In this document: piece after piece, positions 10,061 through 20,532 of the stretch | Position numbering within the stretch: the first letter of the stretch is position 1 | Layout: every line of letters begins with the position of its first letter | Source: Aureliella sp. | GTDB taxonomy: Bacteria > Planctomycetota > Planctomycetia > Pirellulales > Pirellulaceae | NCBI GenBank assembly: GCA_963691875.1 | Contig: OY829846.1 | Location: 3,392,001 to 3,456,000 of the forward strand | Direction: 5' to 3' | DNA length: 64,000 nucleotides | Notes under the pieces: generated by a model | What the model was told of the DNA's origin: nothing | Seen by the model: the letters and a program-made list of their open reading frames with translations, nothing else | The model's database searches: none | Made by a program: the position numbers and the translations under genes

Positions 10061-10330
10061 TCGAACTACGCGTCGTCACATTCAGGAGCGTTTTCTTCGG
10101 TAACCAACGACGCATACATCACATCGTAAATACACAATCGGTTAACCAGTTTTCTCCGAGCAAGTTGGGCTACCTTCGGGGATCGAGAAGCCAACAAGCG
10201 GCCGCAGAATCTTAACAGGCAATTGCCTCATGGTCGACGGGTTGAATTTACTTTGGTCACAATTCACAGATGATTTTTTTGCTTACACTAGAGTTTCAGA
10301 AAGACGTTTTTTCATGCCTGGAGGCTCACG

Positions 10331-11839
10331 ATGCTATCCACCCGACCAACTGCAAAGCTTGCGATCACCTGGTTTATTCTGGCGTATTGTTCAGCTCCAA
10401 TCATTTCTGCCGAACGCCCCAACATCATTCTGTTCATCGCAGATGATGTAAGCTGGAATGACTACGGTTGTTATGGAAACGAGCATGCCAGAACGCCGAA
10501 CATCGACAAGCTTGCTACCGGCGGAGTTCGATTCGACCAAGCGTTTCTGACCGCTAGCAGTTGCAGCCCTTCTCGCGCGAGTATTGTTACTGGCCGTTAC
10601 CCGCACAACAACGGTAAAGCAGCTGAGCTACATCTTCCAATCGCCGCCAATTTGCCATGGTTCCCAGAGTTGCTGCGTGAGTCCGGGTACTTCACGGCGC
10701 TCAGCGGCAAGAACCACATGAAAGTGGATGACAAGCTCGGCGCAGGAGACCAACCTCGAGCGAAGGCATTCGACTTGATCGACGGCGGTAGGACTAAAGG
10801 TAACAGTGGAGGCCACGCTAACTGGCTGAAGATCACCAAGGAGCGTCCGAAGGACAAACCGTTCTTCTTCTGGTTTGCCGCCTACGATGCTCATCGAGGC
10901 TGGGACGCAGATCGACAATGGCGAGAGAAACAGTATGGCGCGAAGCACTCAGGCAATAAGGTTCGCGTGCCACCATTCTTGGTACCCAACACCGATACTA
11001 AGGATGACTTGGCGTCCTATTACAACGAAGTCAGTCGTTTCGATCATTACATCGGAAAAGTTGTGGAGGAACTTGTACGTCAAGGAGCACTCGACAACAC
11101 GCTAATTTTTGTCTTGGCCGACAATGGACGACCTTTTCCTCGAGCCAAAACACGCTTACACGATTCCGGCATGAAGACGGCTTTGGTCGCACATTGGCCG
11201 AATGGCATTAAGGATCCCGGTGCAAGCAACAGCTTGGTTAGCATCATCGATCTCGCCCCGACGATCCTGGCCGCAGCTGAAGTTTCGCGGCCCTCCACGT
11301 TTCAAGGCGTTGGGCTTCAACCTGTTTTTCAAGATCGCTCGGCATTGGTCCGCAGGTTTGCTTTCTCCGAACACAATTGGCATGACTATGAGGCTCATGG
11401 TCGCAGTGTCCGCGATGGCTCGTTCCTTTACATCAAGAACAATCGTCCCTATCAACCATTACAAGGTCCAGCCGACTCCGTGCGTTCTCCATCGCACCTT
11501 TCGCTCCTGGCACAGAAAGACGCCGACTCGCTGACTGCGGCTCAAGCTGATGTCTTTGCAGCACCTCGAACCGCGGAGGAACTCTACTTGATCGATAGAG
11601 ATCCGCATCAGCTGAACAACCTGGCGAAGGATTCGAAGTACGCTTCAGAACTCGCACGACTGAGAAAGATCCTCGATCAGTGGTCGGAAGAAACTGCCGA
11701 CAGCGTACCAGCAAAGCTATCAAGCGATTCGTTTGATCGTGTAACCGGCAAGAGCATCGACAAGAGCCAGGGTTTTCGCGGCGTTACTCCTGGAGAAGAT
11801 CGCCAAGCTTGGAAAGTCAACGCTTCGGGCCCTCGATAG
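10331..11839 (+). CDS. Sulfatase, N-sulfoglucosamine sulfohydrolase-like
   Basis: Signal peptide, 'PNIILFIADD', 'SCSPSRASIVTGRYPH', 'ADNGRPFPRAKT', 'EHNWHD'. Confidence 0.93.
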   Translation: MLSTRPTAKLAITWFILAYCSAPIISAERPNIILFIADDVSWNDYGCYGNEHARTPNIDKLATGGVRFDQAFLTASSCSPSRASIVTGRYPHNNGKAAELHLPIAANLPWFPELLRESGYFTALSGKNHMKVDDKLGAGDQPRAKAFDLIDGGRTKGNSGGHANWLKITKERPKDKPFFFWFAAYDAHRGWDADRQWREKQYGAKHSGNKVRVPPFLVPNTDTKDDLASYYNEVSRFDHYIGKVVEELVRQGALDNTLIFVLADNGRPFPRAKTRLHDSGMKTALVAHWPNGIKDPGASNSLVSIIDLAPTILAAAEVSRPSTFQGVGLQPVFQDRSALVRRFAFSEHNWHDYEAHGRSVRDGSFLYIKNNRPYQPLQGPADSVRSPSHLSLLAQKDADSLTAAQADVFAAPRTAEELYLIDRDPHQLNNLAKDSKYASELARLRKILDQWSEETADSVPAKLSSDSFDRVTGKSIDKSQGFRGVTPGEDRQAWKVNASGPR

Positions 11840-11856
11840 AGTAGTGGCCCCACAAA

Positions 11857-12665
11857 CCGTAACATGGGCCCCTGGCACGTCCTTACGCACTTGCCCCGCC
11901 ACGTCTTCCACATCTATTGGCGGCCCATCATGACTTTTCAATCTTGAACCACCGCCTGGTTTTGAAGGGCTTGATCCTGAAAAGCCAGTCGAAATCTACA
12001 CTCGGAACCTGCACACTAGTGGCAAGCAGGTGCAACATTTTTAGCGACCTTCTGTCTTGGAGACGCTCTTCTAGACGCAAAGCAAGCTCAACTCAAGTCA
12101 ACGCGACGAGACCGGGAACATCAAAACCCGCTGCCACGTAATGAAGCTCAATGGGCTGAAGTAGCGAAAGAAGTGTTTCGAACTGCCGGGAAATGGATGG
12201 ATGCGGGCCACGACAAATGCTGGTTTCGCAAGCAAGAATATGTTTCAGCAGCGCGGCGCAGTATCTTGCGCTACATCATGAAAAGCGATGTAAAGTTGGC
12301 TGCTTCGTGGTCATGGCAAACCATTGCCATTTGATCATTAGGCCGCTTCAAAAGTTCAAGCCCGAGGATGAATTTGGCAGTATTAAAAGTGTTATCTCAA
12401 GATTTATCAATAAGCACGAATCCACCTCCGGCAGCCTTTGGCAGCAAGGATCATAGGATCGTATCATCAGAGCTGAAGAGCATCTCTATCAGGTTGTCCA
12501 ATACATTGGAGCCAACCCTGCGAAGGCGGGAATTCCTGAGTCCAACTGCTACCGCTTGGTCAATACTGAATGCGAGGATTTGGGCTGGCGTTTTGAAACG
12601 CAGATCGGCGATTCGAAGGCTGGAGAGAGACGTAGTAGTGGACGGGCCAGGGGTCCATGCCACAG
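11857..12665 (+). mobile_element. Decayed REP-associated tyrosine transposase (RAYT, Y1/HUH) cassette flanked by inverted REPs
   Basis: Joined across frames: MTFNLEPPPGFEGLDPEKPVEIYTRNL/PH*WQAGATFLATFCLGDAL...KWMDAGHDKCWF.../CFVVMANHCHLIIRP...SLWQQGS*DRIIRAEEHLYQVVQYIGANPAKAGIP. Flanks 11857-11882 and 12640-12665 are inverted copies (21/26 identical). Confidence 0.88.
11930..12600 (+). pseudogene. RAYT transposase pseudogene (about 3 frameshifts, 2 in-frame TAG)
   Basis: HUH motif NHCH at ~12319-12330. TAG at 12454-12456 replaces the aromatic residue of 'WQ..S(Y/F)DR.IR'. The catalytic 'YI..NP' is retained. Confidence 0.85.
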
Positions 12666-12684
12666 TCGTACTCACCATAAACCC

Positions 12685-14664
12685 TTACTTACCCTTCAGC
12701 GCCTCGATGATGGCCTCTACGTCATAGACGCAGCCGCCCCAGGTACCGCCGCCGTGTTGCTGGAGGGCGGCCCACAGCCGCGTGTCATCGGGCAGACGCG
12801 AGTCAGGAGCAAGTTCGGGATGCGATTCTCGCTTGGCTAATAATTCATCCGCTTGTTCGCCGACCAAGTTCACACTGCCAGTCAGGTTCACACGATCGAT
12901 TGACACTTCGACCTCGTCACCATCTCGCAACTTGCCGAGTGGACCGCCAGCGAGTGCTTCGGGACCGACATGTCCAATACAAGCCCCCGTGCTGACTCCC
13001 GAGAACCGGGCATCGGTCAGAATTGTCACTTGCTTGCCCCAGGAAATGTACTTGAGCGCCGAAGTGAGCTGATAGGTTTCCTCCATTCCAGTGCCTAGCG
13101 GACCGCAACCGGCAAGCACGAGCATATCACCAGCTTCCAACTGTTTGCTACCTTGCCCTTTAATCGCAGCAATCGCTGCCTTCTCAGACGTAAAGAATTT
13201 CACGGGACCGCGATGGCGAAAGACTCCATCTTGGTCGATTACGGATGGGTCAATCGAAGTAGCCTTGATGACGGAGCCTTCAGGACACAGATTACCTAGC
13301 GGAAAGACGACGGTGCTGGTCAGACCTGCGGCCTTAGCTTTCGCTGGCGGCATGATAACTTGGTCGGGATCGACGCCATGGCGTTCTTGTAATAACTTTC
13401 GTAAAAACGCACGACGTTCACTCGTCTCCCACTCGTCGAGAATTTCATGCCAAGTGCGATTTAGGATCGTACGTGCATCACCGTGAATGACTCCCATTTT
13501 GCGAAGGTGCAACATGACTTCGGGGACACCACCAGCCAGGTACATCTGAACCGTAGGATGATTCAATGGACCGTTCGGCAGCACATCGACGAAACGGCTT
13601 ACTCTGCGATTCGCTTCATTCCAATCTTCGACAGTTGGACGATCCAGACCGGCAGCATGAGCAATAGCCGGAATGTGAAGGAGTAGATTGGTCGACCCGC
13701 CGACAGCTGCGTGCACCGCGATGGCGTTCTCGATGGAGTGCTGAGTGAGAATATCACGCAAGGCAACTTTCTGCTTTGCCAGTTCCATCAACGCAGTTGC
13801 CGAGTAGCGTGCCATGTCGAGCCACAGAGGCTGTCCGCTGGGCGCTAGGGCAGCGTGTGGTACGGTTAGGCCCATCGCCTCGGCAACAACTTGACTCGTC
13901 GCGGCAGTGCCCAAGAACTGACAACCGCCTCCGGGACTTCCGCATGCACGACAACCTGCTGCGGCGGCATCCTCAAGCGAGAGCTCGCCGTTCGAATATC
14001 GGGCGCCGATGGTTTGTACTTTGGCCGTGTCTTCACCGGAAATCGGCGGTAGCGTGACTCCGCCAGGAACAATAATACCGGGTAGATTCTTACTGCCGGC
14101 CAGTGCAATCATCGTGGCTGGCAAGCCTTTGTCACAAGTCGCAACCCCAAGAACACCTTGGCCGGTTGGCAAAGAACGAATGAGTCGACGCATGACGATG
14201 GCTGCGTCGTTGCGATAAGGCAACGAATCAAACATGCCGGTCGTACCTTGCGAACGACCATCGCAAGGGTCGCTGCAGTATGCCGCATAGGGGATTCCCC
14301 CGGCTCGAGTGATTGTTTCCGCTGCAGCACGGACTTGCAGCCCAACCTCCCAGTGCCCCGTGTGATATCCCAAGGCGATGGGACCACCATCGTCACCGCG
14401 AAGCCCACCCAGCGTGCTCAGGACTAAGAACTGAGGTCCCGACATATGCTGCGGATCCCAGCCCATCCCGGCGTTCTGAGTCAGGCCAAACAGATCACCG
14501 CTCGGCCAATCCCTTAGCATAGAATCGGTAAGTTCGAGCTGACCTGAAGGTCCAGGACCTTCGGTCTGAAGTTGCTCTCCTTCAGCTTTCGAAAACTGGA
14601 ACCATTGCCGAAGGCTTTCTGTCACGGGATCTCCATTTGCTGATCGTCGCCGATCGCTCAACAA
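12685..14664 (-). CDS. yjhG: D-xylonate dehydratase, YjhG/YagF family (IlvD/Edd superfamily)
   Basis: '[16 protein letters not shown]', '[10 protein letters not shown]', '[11 protein letters not shown]', 'TCDKGLPA', '[10 protein letters not shown]', '[21 protein letters not shown]'. Start may be the GTG at 14625. Confidence 0.92.
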   Translation of the reverse strand: MLSDRRRSANGDPVTESLRQWFQFSKAEGEQLQTEGPGPSGQLELTDSMLRDWPSGDLFGLTQNAGMGWDPQHMSGPQFLVLSTLGGLRGDDGGPIALGYHTGHWEVGLQVRAAAETITRAGGIPYAAYCSDPCDGRSQGTTGMFDSLPYRNDAAIVMRRLIRSLPTGQGVLGVATCDKGLPATMIALAGSKNLPGIIVPGGVTLPPISGEDTAKVQTIGARYSNGELSLEDAAAAGCRACGSPGGGCQFLGTAATSQVVAEAMGLTVPHAALAPSGQPLWLDMARYSATALMELAKQKVALRDILTQHSIENAIAVHAAVGGSTNLLLHIPAIAHAAGLDRPTVEDWNEANRRVSRFVDVLPNGPLNHPTVQMYLAGGVPEVMLHLRKMGVIHGDARTILNRTWHEILDEWETSERRAFLRKLLQERHGVDPDQVIMPPAKAKAAGLTSTVVFPLGNLCPEGSVIKATSIDPSVIDQDGVFRHRGPVKFFTSEKAAIAAIKGQGSKQLEAGDMLVLAGCGPLGTGMEETYQLTSALKYISWGKQVTILTDARFSGVSTGACIGHVGPEALAGGPLGKLRDGDEVEVSIDRVNLTGSVNLVGEQADELLAKRESHPELAPDSRLPDDTRLWAALQQHGGGTWGGCVYDVEAIIEALKGK

Positions 14665-14742
14665 TCATAGCTATGTTTACTACTCGGGCGAACGGGATGA
14701 CTGCTCCGCATCGGTGAATTTCGTTATCACCGCTACGAGCAA

Positions 14743-16344
14743 CTAGTCGTCGATGCCTTTGTACTCCGCGCCTTCTTCGAGTGCGATAAGAAACCCTCGG
14801 CCAGCAACGTAAATACGATTGTTAGCTACCACAGGGCTAGTCAGTACCGATGTTTCCATATTGATCACGTCGATCTGATTCTTTTCCTTGGACAGCTCGA
14901 AGATCAATACGTCTCCATCGACATTTGCGATGTAAACACGATCCTTGACGATCGTTGGCGAACCCCAGCAGCCAGAGAACATATCCTCGGTCCAGAGTTG
15001 CTTGCCAGTCTCCGCATCAACACAATGAAAAATACCGCTGAAGTCTGCGACGAACAGCAAGCCATCTTTGATCGCTACCGAGCCAATAGTTCGGTGCATT
15101 ATCTTTTCGAAGTCCTTCGACCCATCGCCCATGTAGTGCCAGACTTCCGCCGAGTTGGTGTTTTTGACTTCTTTGTCGCCTACTTCTGCGTTGTAGGCCT
15201 GAAAACGAATCGAGGCTTCGCTCCGCCCAGCAGCGTGCGTGACCAGAGTCGGGCTCACATCACCGGACTTGGTAGCATCAATACACCACAGGTGGCCTTG
15301 AGTATCGCCGTATTCAGGATCCTCTCCCACAGCGGCAAATACTTTGTTGTCATAAATGACAGGAGTACCAATGAAATAGGCACGGGTGCCAGTCCCGCCC
15401 TCTTCGTAGAAGGATTCCTTCGGGTTGCAATCAAATTTCCACAACAACTTCGACTTGCCGCCTTCTCCGTCGGCATCAAAGCTATAAATCCAGCCATCGC
15501 CGGCTGCAAAGATCACTTGTTTGCGTCTCTCGATCTCAGCATAAGCTGGCGAAGACCATTGGCCGTGCAGGATACCTTCTCCAACTGAATTGTCTGTCCA
15601 AAGCACTTCGCCCGTGTCACGATTCAGGCAGATCAGGCTTGGAGCCTCAGGTGCCATGACTTCGCCTTCTAGGCTCGCACCATTGGAAGTCGTAACGAAA
15701 AGTCTGTCGCCAGCTCCGGTGATCGAGCAGGTCGCCATATACAACTGCTTGACGCCGAGCTTATTCCGCATGTCCAAAGACCAAAGCACGTCGGCCTCGT
15801 CTTTATTCTCGTTCGGCTCGCTCTTAACACCATCATTGGTTCCATCGTGGAATCCATCCGCGTCCAGGCATACGACTTCGCAGCGGTTGGTCACATACCA
15901 TACTCGATCACCATCGGCGAAAGGTGAGCAACAGACTCCTTGATGAGGCCAGTCTGCTTCTTCACCGGCGTCGAGCTTCTTGTTGGAGTGCTGCCAAAGA
16001 AGTGAACCGTCCTTCTCATTCATTGCGAGCAAGACACCTAGGTCCATCGTGTCAGGCAATCGCTTCACATAAGCAGCTTCGTTATTCGTCCCCACGAAGA
16101 CTCGGCCGTTAGCAATAACTGGATTGCCATAGGCTTCTGTCCCAATCTTGGAGAACCAAGCAACGTTCTCGCCGCTGGCCACATCCCAGCTTTCCGGAAT
16201 GTTCTCCTGCTCCGAAACACCATTGCGATGGCTGGAACCCATCAACTGCGCCGAGTCTTTCTCGCCCACTTGGGCATGGGACACCGATGAAACTACTGCT
16301 CCGGTCAGTAGTGCAAGCGTGAGGATTCGCTTCGAGAATTGCAT
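14743..16344 (-). CDS. Secreted PQQ-like (BamB-like) beta-propeller protein
   Basis: Signal peptide MQFSKRILTLALL. Repeated 'C(L/V)DAxTGxxLW' blades and 'SSP/GTP' motifs. The ORF-track start at 16566 is probably too far upstream. Confidence 0.88.
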   Translation of the reverse strand: MQFSKRILTLALLTGAVVSSVSHAQVGEKDSAQLMGSSHRNGVSEQENIPESWDVASGENVAWFSKIGTEAYGNPVIANGRVFVGTNNEAAYVKRLPDTMDLGVLLAMNEKDGSLLWQHSNKKLDAGEEADWPHQGVCCSPFADGDRVWYVTNRCEVVCLDADGFHDGTNDGVKSEPNENKDEADVLWSLDMRNKLGVKQLYMATCSITGAGDRLFVTTSNGASLEGEVMAPEAPSLICLNRDTGEVLWTDNSVGEGILHGQWSSPAYAEIERRKQVIFAAGDGWIYSFDADGEGGKSKLLWKFDCNPKESFYEEGGTGTRAYFIGTPVIYDNKVFAAVGEDPEYGDTQGHLWCIDATKSGDVSPTLVTHAAGRSEASIRFQAYNAEVGDKEVKNTNSAEVWHYMGDGSKDFEKIMHRTIGSVAIKDGLLFVADFSGIFHCVDAETGKQLWTEDMFSGCWGSPTIVKDRVYIANVDGDVLIFELSKEKNQIDVINMETSVLTSPVVANNRIYVAGRGFLIALEEGAEYKGIDD

Positions 16345-16559
16345 TGTGTTTTTCCTAGATGTCAGTCTGTTCAACTTTTGGGTCGGTTGATTATGGGACA
16401 ATTCTAATTGGCCGAGGCCAAGCGGACGAGGCCAGGATTCTCTCGGGGAATCGAACGGATTCGTTATCCTCAACGTCGCAGCCTCGATACAAAATTTGCC
16501 ACACAGGTTGGCTTGGCCTAGTCTGATAGAACCCGACCCAGCGGCCAAGGTTACTTCAA

Positions 16560-17207
16560 ATGCCACGAATGTTTTTGCTCATCCCGATACTAGCCGTTTT
16601 TGTAAATCCTGCATGGGCACACGAACTTGAGAATGGTGTGGTTGAGCGTGATTGCCAGATCGTCATTTTTCCAGACAGGGTCGAAATCCAGTACTCGCTG
16701 GAGATGAACGCCAAAACACGAGATCAAGTGTCTTTGGCAGCAAAGGAATCGAAAGAACAATCCAAGAACACCGTAAAACGGTCTGGCATGCCGAGTTTTC
16801 CGACGACTGATCCAGAGGAGCTTCGTAAGCAGTGGGACAAATTCCGAAAAGAGTTTGCAAAGACGCTTGCCGAGAAGATAGAAGTCCGCATCGATGGGAA
16901 GCAAGCAAAGCTGATGCCTGCCCGAAGCGAAACACTCGAAAAGCACAGTATCAGTCTAGAATTCGTGCTGGAAATTAAGCATGCGGTGACTATCAAAGGG
17001 CACTCGATTGACGTGACCGACAAGAATTTCACCGAGAATCCAGGCTATCTTCGAGTCGCCTTGAAGGGGCGGCGCAAGGTCAAGATTGCGGACTCCACTG
17101 TTCCGCCAATCGTTTCCAGCTTGGAACGCACGCCTTGGGAAAAGTTAACCGTAAAACAACAACAGAAGCGTAGGCAAGCAAAAGCACGATTTTTTCTTGC
17201 ACCTTGA
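16560..17207 (+). CDS. Secreted hypothetical protein, His directly after the predicted signal cleavage (possible metal-binding)
   Basis: MPRMFLLIPILAVFVNPAWA|HE followed by beta-rich sequence. Confidence 0.65.
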   Translation: MPRMFLLIPILAVFVNPAWAHELENGVVERDCQIVIFPDRVEIQYSLEMNAKTRDQVSLAAKESKEQSKNTVKRSGMPSFPTTDPEELRKQWDKFRKEFAKTLAEKIEVRIDGKQAKLMPARSETLEKHSISLEFVLEIKHAVTIKGHSIDVTDKNFTENPGYLRVALKGRRKVKIADSTVPPIVSSLERTPWEKLTVKQQQKRRQAKARFFLAP

Positions 17208-17264
17208 ATATACGGAATCACGCTTCGGGTTGAGATTTCGTCGCGGACTTGTAAATCAGGAACG

Positions 17265-18455
17265 CTACCGCAGTTTCACTTTCGCGTTCGGTGCTAGAGC
17301 ATGTTTTGGTAACGGATTGTCTTCATCGAATACGCGCATTTGCTGAGGTGTTTCCAGAATCGTCTTGCTCTCATCGAACAATTCGGTCGTCGCGTCGAAT
17401 ACTCCCTTCGGATTGAGACGAAGGTGTTTAACCATGAAGGGATACATGGCTTGGCGTTTCATGAACTGATAACCATGTTTTTGATTTGGGAAGTGTGCAT
17501 TCTCAACTTGGCTCTCCGCCTCCAACATGGAATATACTCGGCGGATATAGGGATACTCAACGACTGGCGTATTCTTAGTCCAGTCGCCGCCGACGGAAAC
17601 GAGCAACATCGGACGTGGTGCGGCCAAGGCGGCAATCTCAGCGTTGTTCGTTTCCAGGCTCTTCGTTTTGTGGATAGGCATTCCACTTTCACAGTTGCAT
17701 CCACCGAAGAAGTGCGCGGAAACCATTACCACAGGTGCAGCTACAGCGACACGTGAATCCAAAGCGGTGAGTAGAAAAGTCTGCGTTCCGCCACCAGAAC
17801 ATCCTGTCACGGCGATTCGTTCTTTGTCGACGTCTTCCAGCGACTGGACAAAATCGATAGCACGCATGCTACTCCAGGTTTGCAGCGTAAGTGCTTGCGG
17901 ATGACTATGCTTCCAGCCGAGAAACTCCGAATCCCCAAAGCCGATCATATCGTAGGAGAAAACGACTGCCCCCATGCGAGCCAGCGTCGCGCATCGATGT
18001 TGCTGGTCAGGACGATAACGACCGCCTTCTGGACCGCGCGCATGACCGTGAGGACACAAAACTGCCGGGTAAGTCCCCTTCTCGACGGGACGATACAAAC
18101 TGCCGTAAACGAAGAATCCAGGCGCCGCCTCAAAACCTACGGACTCGACGGAGTAGCCCTTGTATTGACGTCGCTTGTGAATCTGAGCGTTGAGCGGAGT
18201 TTGTTCCGGCAGTGGCGATAACTTGGCTCCCTTTATGATCTGCGCGCGAAGTGCCTCCGCTCGTTGCTCCCATTGCGCTTTTTCGGAGAAGGTGGAGGCC
18301 ATCCGCTTTAGCTGCTCGCGAGCGTCAGATTCACTGTGATAGTTACCTTGGCAAAGGATCACATCTTGGGCGAATAGGTCATCCAGGCTGACCGCGAGGC
18401 TTACAAGTAGAAGCAGGGCTCTAAAGATGCAATAATTTGTTTTCACGAGTGACAT
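17265..18455 (-). CDS. Alpha/beta-hydrolase, acetylxylan-esterase-like carbohydrate esterase
   Basis: 'PAVLCPHGH', nucleophile elbow 'TGCSGGGTQT', 'GGCNCES', 'AAPRPMLLVSVGGDWT', signal peptide. Confidence 0.85.
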   Translation of the reverse strand: MSLVKTNYCIFRALLLLVSLAVSLDDLFAQDVILCQGNYHSESDAREQLKRMASTFSEKAQWEQRAEALRAQIIKGAKLSPLPEQTPLNAQIHKRRQYKGYSVESVGFEAAPGFFVYGSLYRPVEKGTYPAVLCPHGHARGPEGGRYRPDQQHRCATLARMGAVVFSYDMIGFGDSEFLGWKHSHPQALTLQTWSSMRAIDFVQSLEDVDKERIAVTGCSGGGTQTFLLTALDSRVAVAAPVVMVSAHFFGGCNCESGMPIHKTKSLETNNAEIAALAAPRPMLLVSVGGDWTKNTPVVEYPYIRRVYSMLEAESQVENAHFPNQKHGYQFMKRQAMYPFMVKHLRLNPKGVFDATTELFDESKTILETPQQMRVFDEDNPLPKHALAPNAKVKLR

Positions 18456-18837
18456 GGTAAAAAAGATCTTACAGCTGAGGAAAGGTGGGCGGGAATGCAA
18501 TGAGACTGTCATCTTATCGCATGCCGACGACTTGCTGTGGCTCCTCTCGGCGGCGTATCGCGACCTTGTTTGTCGCATGTTCGATAACCATATGTCCGAA
18601 GCGTAACGTGTTCGGTTTCTGACGAGATAGCTGGATTGCAATAAGGCGAATAATTCGTGCAAGGAAGCTCAGAATCTTTTACAAAGAGAGTCTCGAAAGC
18701 CGTCGCATACTTGCAGCTAGCCCTAGCTGGGATGATTCAGGAATGGGCAGCGCCGAGTTGCAGTACTACATCAGCGAGACGCCGAGCTACTAGCAACAGA
18801 CGTCCTGAGGACAAGCGATCGCAACTGCGTTGAAAGC

Positions 18838-19310
18838 TTGGCTGAAGGCGAAGTTCCAATGCTCGTCTGGAGCTACCTCCGGCAGCACAGAGTGGACGCC
18901 AACGGTGATAACCTCGTGACTCTTGGCGAGATCGATGGGACTCTAAAAGCACATCGAATGGAACGCTTTAACCAAGTAGATGACAACCAGGATGGGGTGC
19001 TGGCTTCGGATGAAATTCCTGAGTTGCTGTGGCGAAGGATCGAGAACGCTGATTTCAACGGCAAGGTGGTTTCTTTTGAGGAACTGGAATGGACCGGATG
19101 CTCACTAGGTTTGAGCAACTTGATGACAACGGCGATCAAGCGACTACAAAGGACGAAGTGTCGGAGCGACTTTAGCTCAGACTGGGCCAGTACGATGCCA
19201 ATGAAGATGGTAGCGTAACTGAAGAGGAGCTTCCTCAGCGACGAGAACCACTAGATCATTACGCTCGTCTAGCGGAAATGGCAGCGCGAGAATTTCGCAT
19301 GTTTCGCTAG
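18838..19310 (+). pseudogene. Decayed EF-hand repeat protein
   Basis: EF-hand loops DANGDNLVTLGE and DDNQDGVLASDE. After a frameshift near 19090: DDNGDQATTKDE, TAG at 19173-19175 (SERL*L, compare ELLWRR earlier), DANEDGSVTEEE. Confidence 0.75.
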
Positions 19311-19723
19311 TCGACCCATGCGAAACGGCCAAACTACTATCGTGTTTGCTTCGGAGGATAGACTAAAAAATGTTCTGTATTCCGATTTTCCGAATGTCAT
19401 GCGTGACACTAGCTCAACCCACAACCCCTGAAATACTCTACGCACTCCGCCAGCAATTCTCGCTATGTGATTTAGCGGGTGGTGTTTGGCGCTCAGGCCG
19501 GCAAGGAATTCCGCATCCCGGTAACGTAAGGCGGCTTTCCCATTGCAATATGCGATTGGCCGAGCAAACACGAAGTGCGTACGGTAGTCTTGAGTTGGAG
19601 TAGTAAGGCGGAGGGCGAGTCAGAACGCCACCCAAAGTTCGTTCTCACGCAGTATTTCCTTGCGTGACTACACTTTTCATTGGTAGGAGTTCTTCTGCGG
19701 TTCGCCTAAGGTTTGGGATAGAA

Positions 19724-20401
19724 ATGGCAACGATGGTTTCAGCTGACAGTTCTTCGGCCGGTAAAAAATCAGGCTTCCCATCACGCGACGAAGTGCTGCG
19801 TTTGATTGAGCAAGCACGGGCCGGTGAGACCGAGCCGCTAGGTCAGTTGCTTGAGTTCTACTTCAACTACCTAACCGTCCTGGCGAGCACTCAACTCGAC
19901 CACCGGTTGAGGAAACGGCTTAGTCCATCCGATCTCGTGCAAGAAACCATGATGGCCGCGCACAGAGATTTTCAGGCTTTTCGTGGTAACTCTCCGCAGG
20001 AACTCGTCGGTTGGCTCAGGCAGATCTTGATAAACGTACTGCATGGGGCAATCGCGAAACATGTGAAAGCTGGCAAACGAGACATTCGTCGCGAAGTGTC
20101 CATCGACCAAGTGGTTTCCGGTGTCGACCGTTCGGCTGCCAACTTGGCGTCGATTCTGCCTGGGAGACAGGATTCTCCAAGCAGTCCGATTCACTGCGAA
20201 GAGCGGGCTGCAAGCCTTGCAGAGCACCTAGCGAAGCTGCGGCCTGATTATCGCGACGTGATCATCCTGCGAAATCTAAAGGGCTTGCCTTTTGACGAGA
20301 TCGCGGGAGAAATGGGACGAAGCTCTGGGGCTGTCAGGATGCTGTGGCTTCGAGCAATTGATAAGTTCAGGGACACATTTCAGACGGAGGTAGATTCCTA
20401 G
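19724..20401 (+). CDS. ECF sigma-70 factor, planctomycete kinase-associated subfamily
   Basis: 'LGQLLEFYFNYL', 'SPSDLVQET...AHRDFQAFRG', 'WLRQIL', 'KRDIRRE', 'SPS', region 4 'IAGEMGRSSGAVRMLWLRA'. Confidence 0.93.
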   Translation: MATMVSADSSSAGKKSGFPSRDEVLRLIEQARAGETEPLGQLLEFYFNYLTVLASTQLDHRLRKRLSPSDLVQETMMAAHRDFQAFRGNSPQELVGWLRQILINVLHGAIAKHVKAGKRDIRREVSIDQVVSGVDRSAANLASILPGRQDSPSSPIHCEERAASLAEHLAKLRPDYRDVIILRNLKGLPFDEIAGEMGRSSGAVRMLWLRAIDKFRDTFQTEVDS

Positions 20402-20532
20402 GCCCGAAAACGGCGCACACCTCCTCTTTTCGGTCTTTTTGTCTCCATTCGGGGTTAGAACTGCGGAATTCGTAGTAATGCAACTACGTCAAAGCACGGT
20501 GCAACAAGTCCTTTGCGGCGTGCTTTTCGACG

